This document shows positions 7,848 through 16,248 of a stretch of DNA of 64,000 bases, one piece after another (position 1 is the first letter of the stretch; each line of letters starts with the position of its first letter). Under the pieces are notes generated by a model that did no database searches, was not told the DNA's origin, and saw only the letters and a program-made list of their open reading frames with translations. The translations under genes and the position numbers were made by a program. The stretch lies in assembly GCA_016871195.1 (NCBI GenBank), contig VFZN01000002.1, positions 196,690 to 260,689 on the forward strand, written 5' to 3'. The stretch comes from Acidobacteriota bacterium. GTDB lineage: Bacteria > Acidobacteriota > Vicinamibacteria > Vicinamibacterales > UBA2999.

Positions 7848-8561
7848 ATGAATGGTCGTTTTCATGGGATGAGTGGATGGGGCGCGGCCCAGTGCGCGAC
7901 GCTGAGCCTTGCCGTGGCCGCGCTGGTGATGCCACTGACCGCGGCGCAGTCTGCCCGACCCGGCCGCATCACCGGTACCGTGACCACCACGGCCTCAACT
8001 CCCCGCGCCATCCGCGTCGGTTTCGACCAGCAGGTGTGCGGGGCGCAGCAGCCAAACGAGGCGATTGTTGTCGGGCCTCGCGGCGCCCTCGCCAACGTCG
8101 TCGTCACCGTCCGGGGACTCACGGCGCGCACGCCGGCGCGCGAGGTGCGCGTCGTGAACGAGCGCTGCGCCTTCGTGCCCCGCGTGCAGGTCGTCGCCCC
8201 GGGGGGCACGATGGCGACGAGCAGCCGCGATCCGGTGCTGCACACGACCGTGCTGCAGACCCCCGATGGTCGCCAGGTGCTCAACCTCGCCCTGCCCTCG
8301 CCAGCCGTCGAGCTGCGGCGGCCGCTGCCGGGCACCGGCACGCTGCGCGTCGGCTGCAGCACGCATCAGTGGATGCGCGGCTGGATCGTCGTTACCGACG
8401 AGGTATCGGCCGTGACCGGCACCGATGGCACATTCACGTTGCCCGACCTGCCACCCGGCCGATACGAAATCGCGGTGTGGCACGAGCAGCTGCGCGCCTC
8501 CACGCAGATGGTCTCCGTCACTGCGGGCCAGTCGGTGCCGATCACATTCGCGATGCAGTAG
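7848..8561 (+). CDS. Secreted cupredoxin-like protein (amicyanin-type C-x2-H-x2-M motif) fused to a C-terminal CarboxypepD_reg-like domain
   Basis: GGAGA lies 5 nt upstream of ATG 7848. The protein has a signal peptide. The cupredoxin-like pattern is ...CAFVPRVQVV.PGG...SRDPVLHTT...GCSTHQWMRGWIVV, giving candidate His, Cys, His and Met ligands. The tail TGTDGTFTLPDLPPGRYEIAVWHE is CarboxypepD_reg-like. Confidence 0.6.
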   Translation: MNGRFHGMSGWGAAQCATLSLAVAALVMPLTAAQSARPGRITGTVTTTASTPRAIRVGFDQQVCGAQQPNEAIVVGPRGALANVVVTVRGLTARTPAREVRVVNERCAFVPRVQVVAPGGTMATSSRDPVLHTTVLQTPDGRQVLNLALPSPAVELRRPLPGTGTLRVGCSTHQWMRGWIVVTDEVSAVTGTDGTFTLPDLPPGRYEIAVWHEQLRASTQMVSVTAGQSVPITFAMQ

Positions 8562-8571
8562 AGTGCAGGAC

Positions 8572-9972
8572 ATGCGGAGACAGTTCTCGCCTGTCGGGCT
8601 CTCAGTGTGCGGGGCCGTGCTGGCCATGGCCACCGTCCTGGCACAGACGCCGGGGCCCCTGCCTCCAGTCGCCGGACAGATGGCGGTGACCGCCGTCACC
8701 GGCAGCGAGGCGCTGCGGCCCGCAGAGGCCTCGGTCGCCATCAATCCGACCAATCCCCTGCACGTCATCGCCACGCTGATCCAGTCGAATCAGCCGGGAC
8801 GCCAGCCACGTTCATCGAACTGGGGCTATGTGTCGACCGACGGGGGCCGCACCTGGGTCGGCACGCCCGCCGCCAACCCGGGCGGCCGCGTGCAGGGTGA
8901 TGATGTGGTCGCGTTCGGCCGCGACGGCACGGCCTTTCACAGCTACATCGCCTTTGACGGCATCAGGGTCGAACGGCCCGATGTCGCCAGCAGCGGCATC
9001 TTTGTGCGCCGGTCGCGCGACGGCGTCGAGTGGCAGGCCCCCGTTGCGGTGATCGATCACGTGAACACGGCCATGCCGTTCGAAGACAAGCCGTGGCTTG
9101 TCGTCGACCGCGCTGCCGCGTCGCCGCACCGGGGGCAGGTCTACGTCGCGTGGACGCGATTCGATGTCTACGGCAGCAACGACCCGACGCACCGCACACA
9201 CATCTGGTTTGCCCGGTCGAAGGACGGGGGCCAGACATTCCAGCCGCCCTTCCGCATCTCCGACGAGTCGGGAGACGCGCTCGACGGCGACAACACCGTC
9301 GAGGGGGCCGTTCCGGCCGTGGGTCCGAACGGCGAGGTCTATGTGGTGTGGGCTGGCCCGAAGGGCCTCGTCCTCGATCGCTCGGACGATGGAGGATGGA
9401 CCTTCGGGGCAGACCGCATCATCACGCCGCTCACCGGGGGCTGGGATATTCCACTGCCAGGACTCGAGCGCCACAACGGCATGCCCGTGACAGCGGTCGA
9501 CCTCAGCAGCGGCCCCCATCGCGGCAGCCTCTACGTGAACTTCATCGACCAGCGCAACGGCGACACCGATGTGTTCGTGCTGGCCTCGCGTGACGGTGGC
9601 CGTACGTGGGATGCGCCCGTCAGGGTCAACGACGACCCTAAAGGCGCCGACCAGATGTTCACGTGGATGGCCGTTGACCCGGCCGACGGCAGCCTGAATG
9701 TGATCTTTCACGACCGCCGCGGGCAGAAGGGCACACTCACCGGCGTCACCCTCGCACGCAGCATCGACGGGGGGCGTACGTTCATGAACCACCGTGTGCC
9801 GGTCGATCCCTTCGACTGCTGCGCGGCCTCATCGTTCGTCGGCGATTACAACGGCATCGACATCCAGGGGGGGCGGCTGGTGGCGGTGTTCCCCGTCATC
9901 CGCGAGGGCACCCAGCGCATCATGGCCCTCAGCGCGCGGTTCCGCCCCGGCAGCCAGGCACTGCTGCCCTGA
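8572..9972 (+). CDS. Secreted BNR/Asp-box repeat beta-propeller protein (sialidase-fold, function unknown)
   Basis: ORF 8425..9972, trimmed to ATG 8572 (MRRQFSPVGLSVCGAVLAMATVLAQ signal peptide). Six Asp-boxes are present: STDGGRTW, SRDGVEWQ, SKDGGQTF, SDDGGWTF, SRDGGRTW and SIDGGRTF. Confidence 0.8.
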   Translation: MRRQFSPVGLSVCGAVLAMATVLAQTPGPLPPVAGQMAVTAVTGSEALRPAEASVAINPTNPLHVIATLIQSNQPGRQPRSSNWGYVSTDGGRTWVGTPAANPGGRVQGDDVVAFGRDGTAFHSYIAFDGIRVERPDVASSGIFVRRSRDGVEWQAPVAVIDHVNTAMPFEDKPWLVVDRAAASPHRGQVYVAWTRFDVYGSNDPTHRTHIWFARSKDGGQTFQPPFRISDESGDALDGDNTVEGAVPAVGPNGEVYVVWAGPKGLVLDRSDDGGWTFGADRIITPLTGGWDIPLPGLERHNGMPVTAVDLSSGPHRGSLYVNFIDQRNGDTDVFVLASRDGGRTWDAPVRVNDDPKGADQMFTWMAVDPADGSLNVIFHDRRGQKGTLTGVTLARSIDGGRTFMNHRVPVDPFDCCAASSFVGDYNGIDIQGGRLVAVFPVIREGTQRIMALSARFRPGSQALLP

Positions 9973-10017
9973 AGCCGCGGTTGCCCCGCGCGGGGCGGGC
10001 GGCGTACCATCCACGGT

Positions 10018-11130
10018 ATGACACCGCGAATCTGGCCGGCGCTGGCGCTGCTGTGCATCGGGGCCGTCACGCTCGGGGCGCAGGCCCCGCCGGCACCTGC
10101 CGACAACCGTGAGCGCGACTACCTGTCGCGTGTCCGTCGGCTCACCGTCGAGGGCCGTCGCGCGGGCGAGGGCTACTGGTCGCCCGACGGCACGCGGCTC
10201 GTCTTCCAGAGTGAACGCGACCCGGCCAACCCCTTCTACCAGATCTACACGCTCGACTTCGCCACCGGAGACACGAAGCGCGTGTCGCCCGGCACGGGCA
10301 AGACTACGTGCGCGTTCTTCCGGCCGGGCACCGACCAGATTCTCTTCGCGTCGACGCACCACGACCCGCGGTCCCTGCAACTGCAGAAGGAGGAACTCGA
10401 CTTCCGCGCCTCGGGCAAGGAACGCCGCTACGCGTGGGATTACGACCCCGAGATGGACATCTACGCGGTCGCGGAATCATCGGGCACGCTCACGCGCCTG
10501 ACCACCGCCCGGGGCTACGACGCCGAGGCGGGCTATTCCCCCGACGGCCAGTGGATTGTGTTTTCGTCGATGCGCGACGCCTACAACCGTACCCTGACGG
10601 CGGCGGAACAGAAACAGCTCGAGACCGACCCGAGCTATTTCGGCGAGATCTACATCATGAAGGCCGACGGCACCGATCAGCGCCGGCTCACCACCGCGGC
10701 CGGCTACGACGGCGGCCCCTTCTTCACCACGAAGGGCGACCGCATCGTGTGGCGACGCTTCGACGAGCAGGGGCTCATCGCCGACATCTGGACGATGAAG
10801 CCCGATGGCAGCGACAAGCGACAGGTGACGGCCTTCAAGGCGATGAGCTGGGCGCCCTACGAGCATCCGTCAGGCGAGTACCTGCTGTTTGCCTCGAACA
10901 AGCTCGGCTTCGAGAACTTCGAAGTGTTCGTCGTCGACACGGCGGGCACGAAAGAGCCGGTGCGCATCACCTACTCGGATGGCTTCGATGGTCTGCCCGT
11001 GCCCTCGCCCGATGGTCGTCAGGTGGCATTCACCTCGAGCCGCTCGGGCGGCGGTGCCGGACAGATTTTCCTGGCGCAGTGGAATCACGAGGCCGTGCGG
11101 ACGGCGCTGGCGGCTGCGCCGCCACGTTAA
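10018..11130 (+). CDS. Periplasmic TolB-like (PD40/WD40-like) beta-propeller protein
   Basis: The protein has a signal peptide. Repeated 'SPDG..ivF.S.R' PD40 units are present (YWSPDGTRLVFQSER, YSPDGQWIVFSSMRD, PSPDGRQVAFTSSRSG). TACCAT (10005-10010) lies 7 nt upstream of the ATG. Confidence 0.8.
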   Translation: MTPRIWPALALLCIGAVTLGAQAPPAPADNRERDYLSRVRRLTVEGRRAGEGYWSPDGTRLVFQSERDPANPFYQIYTLDFATGDTKRVSPGTGKTTCAFFRPGTDQILFASTHHDPRSLQLQKEELDFRASGKERRYAWDYDPEMDIYAVAESSGTLTRLTTARGYDAEAGYSPDGQWIVFSSMRDAYNRTLTAAEQKQLETDPSYFGEIYIMKADGTDQRRLTTAAGYDGGPFFTTKGDRIVWRRFDEQGLIADIWTMKPDGSDKRQVTAFKAMSWAPYEHPSGEYLLFASNKLGFENFEVFVVDTAGTKEPVRITYSDGFDGLPVPSPDGRQVAFTSSRSGGGAGQIFLAQWNHEAVRTALAAAPPR

Positions 11131-11157
11131 CAGCACCCGACCTGACACTGAAGACTG

Positions 11158-12993
11158 ATGAGGATGTCTATGGCGACTCTGCTCCGCTCTCGCCTCGTTC
11201 CGCTGCTCACCCTGCTGGCCGGCATCGCGGCGTCGGCCTCGGCCCAGTCGGCAGCCCCCCCCACGACACGCGCACACGTCGAGCGGCTGGCCTCACCCTC
11301 GATGGAAGGCCGCCTCGCCGGATCGCCCGGCGAGCAGCAGGCCGCACAGTATCTGGTCGAGCAGCTCACACGCATGGGCGCCCGCCCCCTGCCGGGGCAG
11401 ACCTCGATGCTGTCGCCCTTCACCTTCACCGCAGGGTCGAAGGACGGCGGTTCGTCCATCACCGTCACGCGCGGCACCACGCCGTCGACGTTCCGTAGCA
11501 GCACCGAGGTGCAGGCCCTGTCGTTCTCTGATTCCGCCGAGGTGAGCGGCCCTGTCGTCTTCGCCGGCTACGGCATCGTCGTGCCCTCGTCTGCCACGTT
11601 CGGCTATGACAGCTATCAGGGGCTCGACGTCAAGGACCGCATTGTCGTCGTGCTGCGCTACTTCCCCGAGGATGCCGACGCCACGACCCGCGCCGCTCTC
11701 GCCCGTTACTCGGATCTGCGCTACAAGGCACAGGCCGCCCGCCAGCGCGGCGCAAAGGCACTCGTGGTCATCACCGGCCCGCGGTCGCCGAATGCGGGCG
11801 CCGTGGTACCGATGAGCTTCGACACCGCCCTGGCCGGCTCGGGACTCGTCGCGGCCAGCGCCAGCGGCGCGGTGGCCGAGGCCATCTTCACCGCACTCGA
11901 CGACAAGACGCTCGAAGGGGTGCAGAAGGAATTTGACGCCGGCAACCCGCACACCACCGGCTTTGCCATTCCCAATCTGACGCTGACAGTGTCGGCGCGT
12001 GTGGTGCGCGAGCAGCAGACCGGCCGCAATGTCGTGGCCTATCTGCCCGCCACACCCGCGGCAGCGGCATCGAGGCCCTGGGTGGTCATCGGGGCACATT
12101 ACGACCATCTCGGGCGCGGCAGTGCCGGCAACTCGCTGGCCGCGGCTGACCAGGCCGGACAGATTCATCACGGGGCCGACGACAACGCTTCGGGTACCGC
12201 CGCCGTCCTGGCCATTGCCGACGCGCTGGCGCGCGTGCCGCGCAAACGCCATCTGGTGGTGGCCTTCTGGTCGGGTGAGGAACTCGGGCTCATCGGCTCG
12301 ACCGCGTTTGTGAACGCCCCGCCCGTGCCCATCGCCGAGATGGCGGCCTACCTCAACTTCGACATGGTGGGACGCTCCACGGACAACAAGCTGACCGTGC
12401 AGGCCACTGGCACCAGCCCGGCCTGGCCACGCCTGCTCGAGCAGGCCAATGTGGCCGCCGGCTTCGATCTGGTCCTGCAGGAAGACCCCTATCAGCCGAC
12501 CGACGTGAGCAGCTTCAACGGCGTGGGGGTCGCATCACTCGCCTTCTTCACCGGGGCGCACACCGACTATCACAAGCCGTCAGACACGGCTGAGAAGATC
12601 AACTACGACGACCTCGATCGCATCGCGGGCTTTGCCGGCACCATCGCCCGCCGCCTGCTCGATGCCGATGAGCCGCCCCTGTTCACCAAGGTCGAGCAGA
12701 AGACCGACACCGGCGGGCGGGCCGGCCTGCGCATCTTCACCGGCACCATTCCCGACTACGCCACCGAGGTGAAGGGCCTGCTGCTCGGCGGCGTCATCGG
12801 CGGCGGCCCCGCAGAACAGGCGGGCCTGCAGAAAGGCGATATCATCGTGGAACTGGCTGGCCAGTCGATCGCAAACATTTACGATTACACGTATGCGCTC
12901 GACCTGCTCAAGATCGGGCAGCCGGCGACGGTGGTGTACACACGCGGGTCCGCGCGTCGCACCACGACTCTGACTCCATCGGCTCGGAAGTAG
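11158..12993 (+). CDS. Secreted M28-family peptidase with PA domain and C-terminal PDZ domain
   Basis: M28 blocks are GAHYDHLGRG...HHGADDNASGTA, WSGEELGLIGS and YHKPSDT. The C-terminal PDZ is GLLLGGVIGGGPAEQAGLQKGDIIVELAGQSI. The start is ambiguous among in-frame ATGs 11158, 11164 and 11170. Confidence 0.85.
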   Translation: MRMSMATLLRSRLVPLLTLLAGIAASASAQSAAPPTTRAHVERLASPSMEGRLAGSPGEQQAAQYLVEQLTRMGARPLPGQTSMLSPFTFTAGSKDGGSSITVTRGTTPSTFRSSTEVQALSFSDSAEVSGPVVFAGYGIVVPSSATFGYDSYQGLDVKDRIVVVLRYFPEDADATTRAALARYSDLRYKAQAARQRGAKALVVITGPRSPNAGAVVPMSFDTALAGSGLVAASASGAVAEAIFTALDDKTLEGVQKEFDAGNPHTTGFAIPNLTLTVSARVVREQQTGRNVVAYLPATPAAAASRPWVVIGAHYDHLGRGSAGNSLAAADQAGQIHHGADDNASGTAAVLAIADALARVPRKRHLVVAFWSGEELGLIGSTAFVNAPPVPIAEMAAYLNFDMVGRSTDNKLTVQATGTSPAWPRLLEQANVAAGFDLVLQEDPYQPTDVSSFNGVGVASLAFFTGAHTDYHKPSDTAEKINYDDLDRIAGFAGTIARRLLDADEPPLFTKVEQKTDTGGRAGLRIFTGTIPDYATEVKGLLLGGVIGGGPAEQAGLQKGDIIVELAGQSIANIYDYTYALDLLKIGQPATVVYTRGSARRTTTLTPSARK

Positions 12994-13060
12994 ATCGCTT
13001 GACGTCCGCCTGTCTCGCACGACGGGCGGTGGAACGACGCGCAGGAGGCGCGGTGATGTT

Positions 13061-13426
13061 ATGGCTCAGCTGATTCGCTCGCTTACGTTTGCTCTGGTGC
13101 TCGCGGTGGCGACAGTGGCGCTGCACGCACAGTCGGTCGCCGGCGACTGGGTACTCACCATCAACAGCCCGCAGGGCTCGATGGATACCGACGTCACCTT
13201 CACGCAGGACGGCACCGCCGTCACGGGCAGCATGAGCAGCCCGATGGGCGAAACCGAGTTCAAGGGTGAAGTCAATGGCTCGACGGTCAAGGTGACCTTC
13301 GGCATGGTGACTCCTGGTGGCCCCATCGATATCGTCATGACCGGTGAAGTGACCGGCGACGAAATGAAGGGCACCATGGATGTCGCCGGCTTCGGCGCCA
13401 TCGACTTCACCGGCAAGCGCAAGTAG
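13061..13426 (+). CDS. Small secreted protein of unknown function (Thr/Gly/Met-rich, predicted all-beta)
   Basis: AGGAGG lies 12 nt upstream. The signal peptide is MAQLIRSLTFALVLAVATVALHAQS. The mature part opens GDWVLTINSPQGSMDTDVTFTQDGTAVTG.... I recognised no family motif. Confidence 0.65.
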   Translation: MAQLIRSLTFALVLAVATVALHAQSVAGDWVLTINSPQGSMDTDVTFTQDGTAVTGSMSSPMGETEFKGEVNGSTVKVTFGMVTPGGPIDIVMTGEVTGDEMKGTMDVAGFGAIDFTGKRK

Positions 13427-13447
13427 CCGCGCCCCTCCTCAGCAGCC

Positions 13448-13469
13448 GCTGGTGCCGCAGGGCACCAGC
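13448..13469 (+). terminator. Perfect 9-bp hairpin 22 nt after the small secreted-protein gene
   Basis: GCTGGTGCC-GCAG-GGCACCAGC. No U-tract follows. Confidence 0.4.
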
Positions 13470-13614
13470 CGGCCTGCCCCCGTCAGGATACCGCCCCGGG
13501 CATTCGAGAAGGGGCCTGCCCAGAGCAGGGCCTATTCACCCTGGTCGGTTGGCCACTCATGAGGGCTTTTCGACCAGTCGTGGGTCAGTCGCCCGGCCAG
13601 CCATCCCAACCCGC

Positions 13615-13620
13615 TAGAAT
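13615..13620 (+). promoter_or_regulatory. -10-like TAGAAT, 6 nt upstream of the LytS-type kinase GTG start (leaderless-type)
   Basis: The sequence reads ccgcTAGAATcgagacGTG. No SD is present. Confidence 0.45.
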
Positions 13621-13626
13621 CGAGAC

Positions 13627-15489
13627 GTGACCGCATCGAATGCCGCCGACGTGCTGAACCTCGTGGGCTTTGCCACGGGCACGGCGTTATACGCGATGCT
13701 GCTGATGCTGGTGCTGCGTCGTCGCCAGCCCTCAGACTCCGCTCGTCTTGACCGGTTGCCCCTGGCGACCGCGCTGCTGGGGCTGCTCTGGAATCTCGGT
13801 GCGCTGGCCGCGTATGGCCTGCCCCGGCTCGGGCTGCTCTCGGACAGCGTTCCGCTCTCGGCACTGTCGTTCCCCGCCCTCGGGTTCCTCGCAGCCGTCG
13901 TCGTTCATTCAGTCGCACGCGACCTCGGTGGCGGCCGGTATGTGGTGGGTCTGGCGTATGCCATGGCGGGCATCGCCGCCGTCCTCCACAGCGCGACCAT
14001 GGTGACCGGCGAGACGGCAGCCTCGACGCTGGCGTTCCAGTTGCTGACCGCCTGTTTCACGCTGCTCATCGTGCCACTGGGCCTGTTGACCCGGGCACAG
14101 GCCCACATGCGGCGCGCGTTCTGGGTGCTGGCGCTGGTGCTGTTCGCCGTGTCGGCCACACACCTCGGCAGCTTTCACACCCAGCAGGACAGCTGGTGGA
14201 TGCAGCTGCTCGGACATCACGCGGCCATTCCGCTGGCGTTCGCGATTCTGTATCAGAACTATCGCTTTGCCCTCGGCGATCTCTTTCTCAAGCGCGCCCT
14301 CACGCTGCTGACGGTCGTCACACTCGCGCTGGTCAGCTACTGGGCCGTGACGCGTCTGCCGGACGGCCCGGCCGCGCAGGGCGTGATGCTGGGTCTGTGG
14401 GTGGCGACGGCCCTGCTGACGCCGTGGCTGCGGCAGCAGGTGACGGTCTTCGTCGATCGCGTGCTGCTCGGGCGCATCGACTACGGCGTGCTCCGGGCGA
14501 CACTCGCGCAGGCCGTGGCCGATCAGACATCGGTGGCAGGCGTGATGGACACGGTGACCGAAGCCCTGACGCGCGCACTCAATGCGCGGCGCGTGACATG
14601 GACCGACGCCCCTGCGGACGCGCACGTCCATGAGGCACAGGTGGTGGTACCGACCACCGATCCGCCCGTCATCGTCGTCAGGCCCGGTGAGCTGACCGGC
14701 GGGCGGCAGCTGCTGTCTGATGATGCCGCACTCATCGACGCGGTGGTGGGCATTGCGGCGCGGCGCATCGACGCCATCCGCCTGACACTCGAGCGCTATG
14801 AGGTGCAGCTGCGCGAGGAAGAGATGCACAAGCTGGCGGCCGAGGCCGAGCTGCGCGCCCTGCGGGCGCAGATCAACCCGCACTTTCTCTTCAACGCCCT
14901 GACGACCATCGGCTACCTGATTGAGGCGGCGCCGACGCGCGCGCTGCGCACGCTGCTGCGGCTGACCGGGCTGCTGCGTGCCGTGCTGCGACCCGACGGC
15001 GAGTTCACGACGCTCGGCCGTGAGCTCGAGCTGGTCGAGCATTACCTCGAGATCGAACACGAACGCTTCGAGGAACGGCTGCGGGTCAGTATCGACGTGC
15101 CCGCCGACCTGCGCACAGTGCCGTTGCCGGCACTGGTGCTGCAGCCGCTCGTGGAAAACGCCATTAAACACGGCGTCGCGCCCAGCGTGCAGGGCGGGGA
15201 TGTGATCATCACGGCCAGGCGCGTGTCCGAGCCGGCGCCAGTGCTGCACCTCGTCGTCCGCAATACCGGTCGCCCGCTGGGTACTGACATCATGCGTGGC
15301 GAGGGACACCTCGGCCTGGCCAATGTCGAGCGCCGCCTCGCGGGCCTGTATGGCGGCGGCGCGACGCTGTCGCTGACCTCGGACGAGGCGCACGCCACCG
15401 TGGCCGAGATTTGCCTGCCGCTGGCACTGCCGGCGGCCTCACCACAGCACCCCGATGAGCGAGCCGCTGCGTATCGTACTGGCCGATGA
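13627..15489 (+). CDS. LytS/YehU-family sensor histidine kinase with a large polytopic membrane N-terminus
   Basis: The N-terminal ~330 aa are hydrophobic multi-TM. The His_kinase (PF06580-type) block is LRAQINPHFLFNALTTIGYLI. The HATPase blocks are LVENAIKHG and GHLGLANV. Confidence 0.85.
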   Translation: MTASNAADVLNLVGFATGTALYAMLLMLVLRRRQPSDSARLDRLPLATALLGLLWNLGALAAYGLPRLGLLSDSVPLSALSFPALGFLAAVVVHSVARDLGGGRYVVGLAYAMAGIAAVLHSATMVTGETAASTLAFQLLTACFTLLIVPLGLLTRAQAHMRRAFWVLALVLFAVSATHLGSFHTQQDSWWMQLLGHHAAIPLAFAILYQNYRFALGDLFLKRALTLLTVVTLALVSYWAVTRLPDGPAAQGVMLGLWVATALLTPWLRQQVTVFVDRVLLGRIDYGVLRATLAQAVADQTSVAGVMDTVTEALTRALNARRVTWTDAPADAHVHEAQVVVPTTDPPVIVVRPGELTGGRQLLSDDAALIDAVVGIAARRIDAIRLTLERYEVQLREEEMHKLAAEAELRALRAQINPHFLFNALTTIGYLIEAAPTRALRTLLRLTGLLRAVLRPDGEFTTLGRELELVEHYLEIEHERFEERLRVSIDVPADLRTVPLPALVLQPLVENAIKHGVAPSVQGGDVIITARRVSEPAPVLHLVVRNTGRPLGTDIMRGEGHLGLANVERRLAGLYGGGATLSLTSDEAHATVAEICLPLALPAASPQHPDERAAAYRTGR

Positions 15490-16225
15490 CGAGCGCCCGG
15501 CGCGGCGATTCCTCAGGAACCTGCTCGAGTGTTTTCCTGATGTGTCGGTCGTCGGAGAGGCCGCCAACGGCCATGAGGCGCTGGCGCTCATCGAGCAGGC
15601 CTCGCCGCACCTGGTGCTGCTCGACCTGCACATGCCCGAGCTCGGCGGCCTCGATACCGCGCGGCTGGTGTCGCACGAGGCACCACCCCTCATCGCTTTT
15701 GTCACGGCCCACGACGAATTTGCGGTCGACGCGTTTGAATTGAATGCGGTCGACTATCTGCTCAAGCCGGTCGATCGCGAGCGCCTGGCCGACACGCTGC
15801 AGCGCGCCCGCCAGCGCATGTCCACCACCGAACGTGATCGGCGTGTGGTGGCGGCGGTCACGGCGATGGACCTGGCCGCACGGCGTCCCTACCTCGAGCG
15901 GCTGCCGGTGCGGCGGCGCGATGAAGTGGTGATTCTGCCGGTGCGGCAGATTGCCTCGATTGTCGCCGAAGCCGAGCTGATGCACATCACCACGGTGAGT
16001 GCCGAGCGCTTCACCATCAGCCATCGGCTGCATCTGCTCGAGGCGCGCCTCGATCCGCGGCGGTTTGTGCGGCTGAGCCGCAGCGCACTGGCGGCCCTCG
16101 ATCAGATTCAGCGCGTCAGCGCGATGCCCGGCGGCACGTACCAGGTGACGCTCGCCAACGGCCAGACGCTGCAGGTGAGCCGCATCCAGTCGCGCCGCCT
16201 GCGCGAGACGCTGCTGACGCTCTGA
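15455..16225 (+). CDS. LytTR-family response regulator
   Basis: The receiver is RIVLADDERPAR...LDLHMPELGG.... The LytTR-type C-terminus is ...VRQIASIVAEAELMHITT..ERFTISHRLHLLEARLDP..FVRLSRSALAAL. The gene overlaps the 3' end of the kinase gene by 35 nt. Confidence 0.85.
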   Translation: MSEPLRIVLADDERPARRFLRNLLECFPDVSVVGEAANGHEALALIEQASPHLVLLDLHMPELGGLDTARLVSHEAPPLIAFVTAHDEFAVDAFELNAVDYLLKPVDRERLADTLQRARQRMSTTERDRRVVAAVTAMDLAARRPYLERLPVRRRDEVVILPVRQIASIVAEAELMHITTVSAERFTISHRLHLLEARLDPRRFVRLSRSALAALDQIQRVSAMPGGTYQVTLANGQTLQVSRIQSRRLRETLLTL

Positions 16226-16248
16226 CCCCGCCGTGCTTTAATGCACGG

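Noticed and set aside
8572-9972. Calling the BNR proteins (8572..9972 and 37241..40420) sialidases
   Set aside because: Asp-boxes alone define the fold, not the activity. I could not find the N-terminal FRIP motif or the catalytic Arg triad pattern by eye, so only a fold-level call is given.
13470-13614. A CTGGTCG...CGACCAG stem with a 23-nt loop and other pairings upstream of the LytS promoter, considered as a possible riboswitch or sRNA
   Set aside because: No conserved riboswitch core motifs were recognisable. The structure is weak and lies upstream of the putative -10 of a leaderless gene, so it would not be in the mRNA.
13909-15393. 494-aa minus-strand ORF antisense to the LytS-type kinase
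   Set aside because: It is a shadow ORF. The plus strand carries TM helices plus His_kinase and HATPase motifs, and the antisense product is low-complexity Arg/Gln/His-rich.
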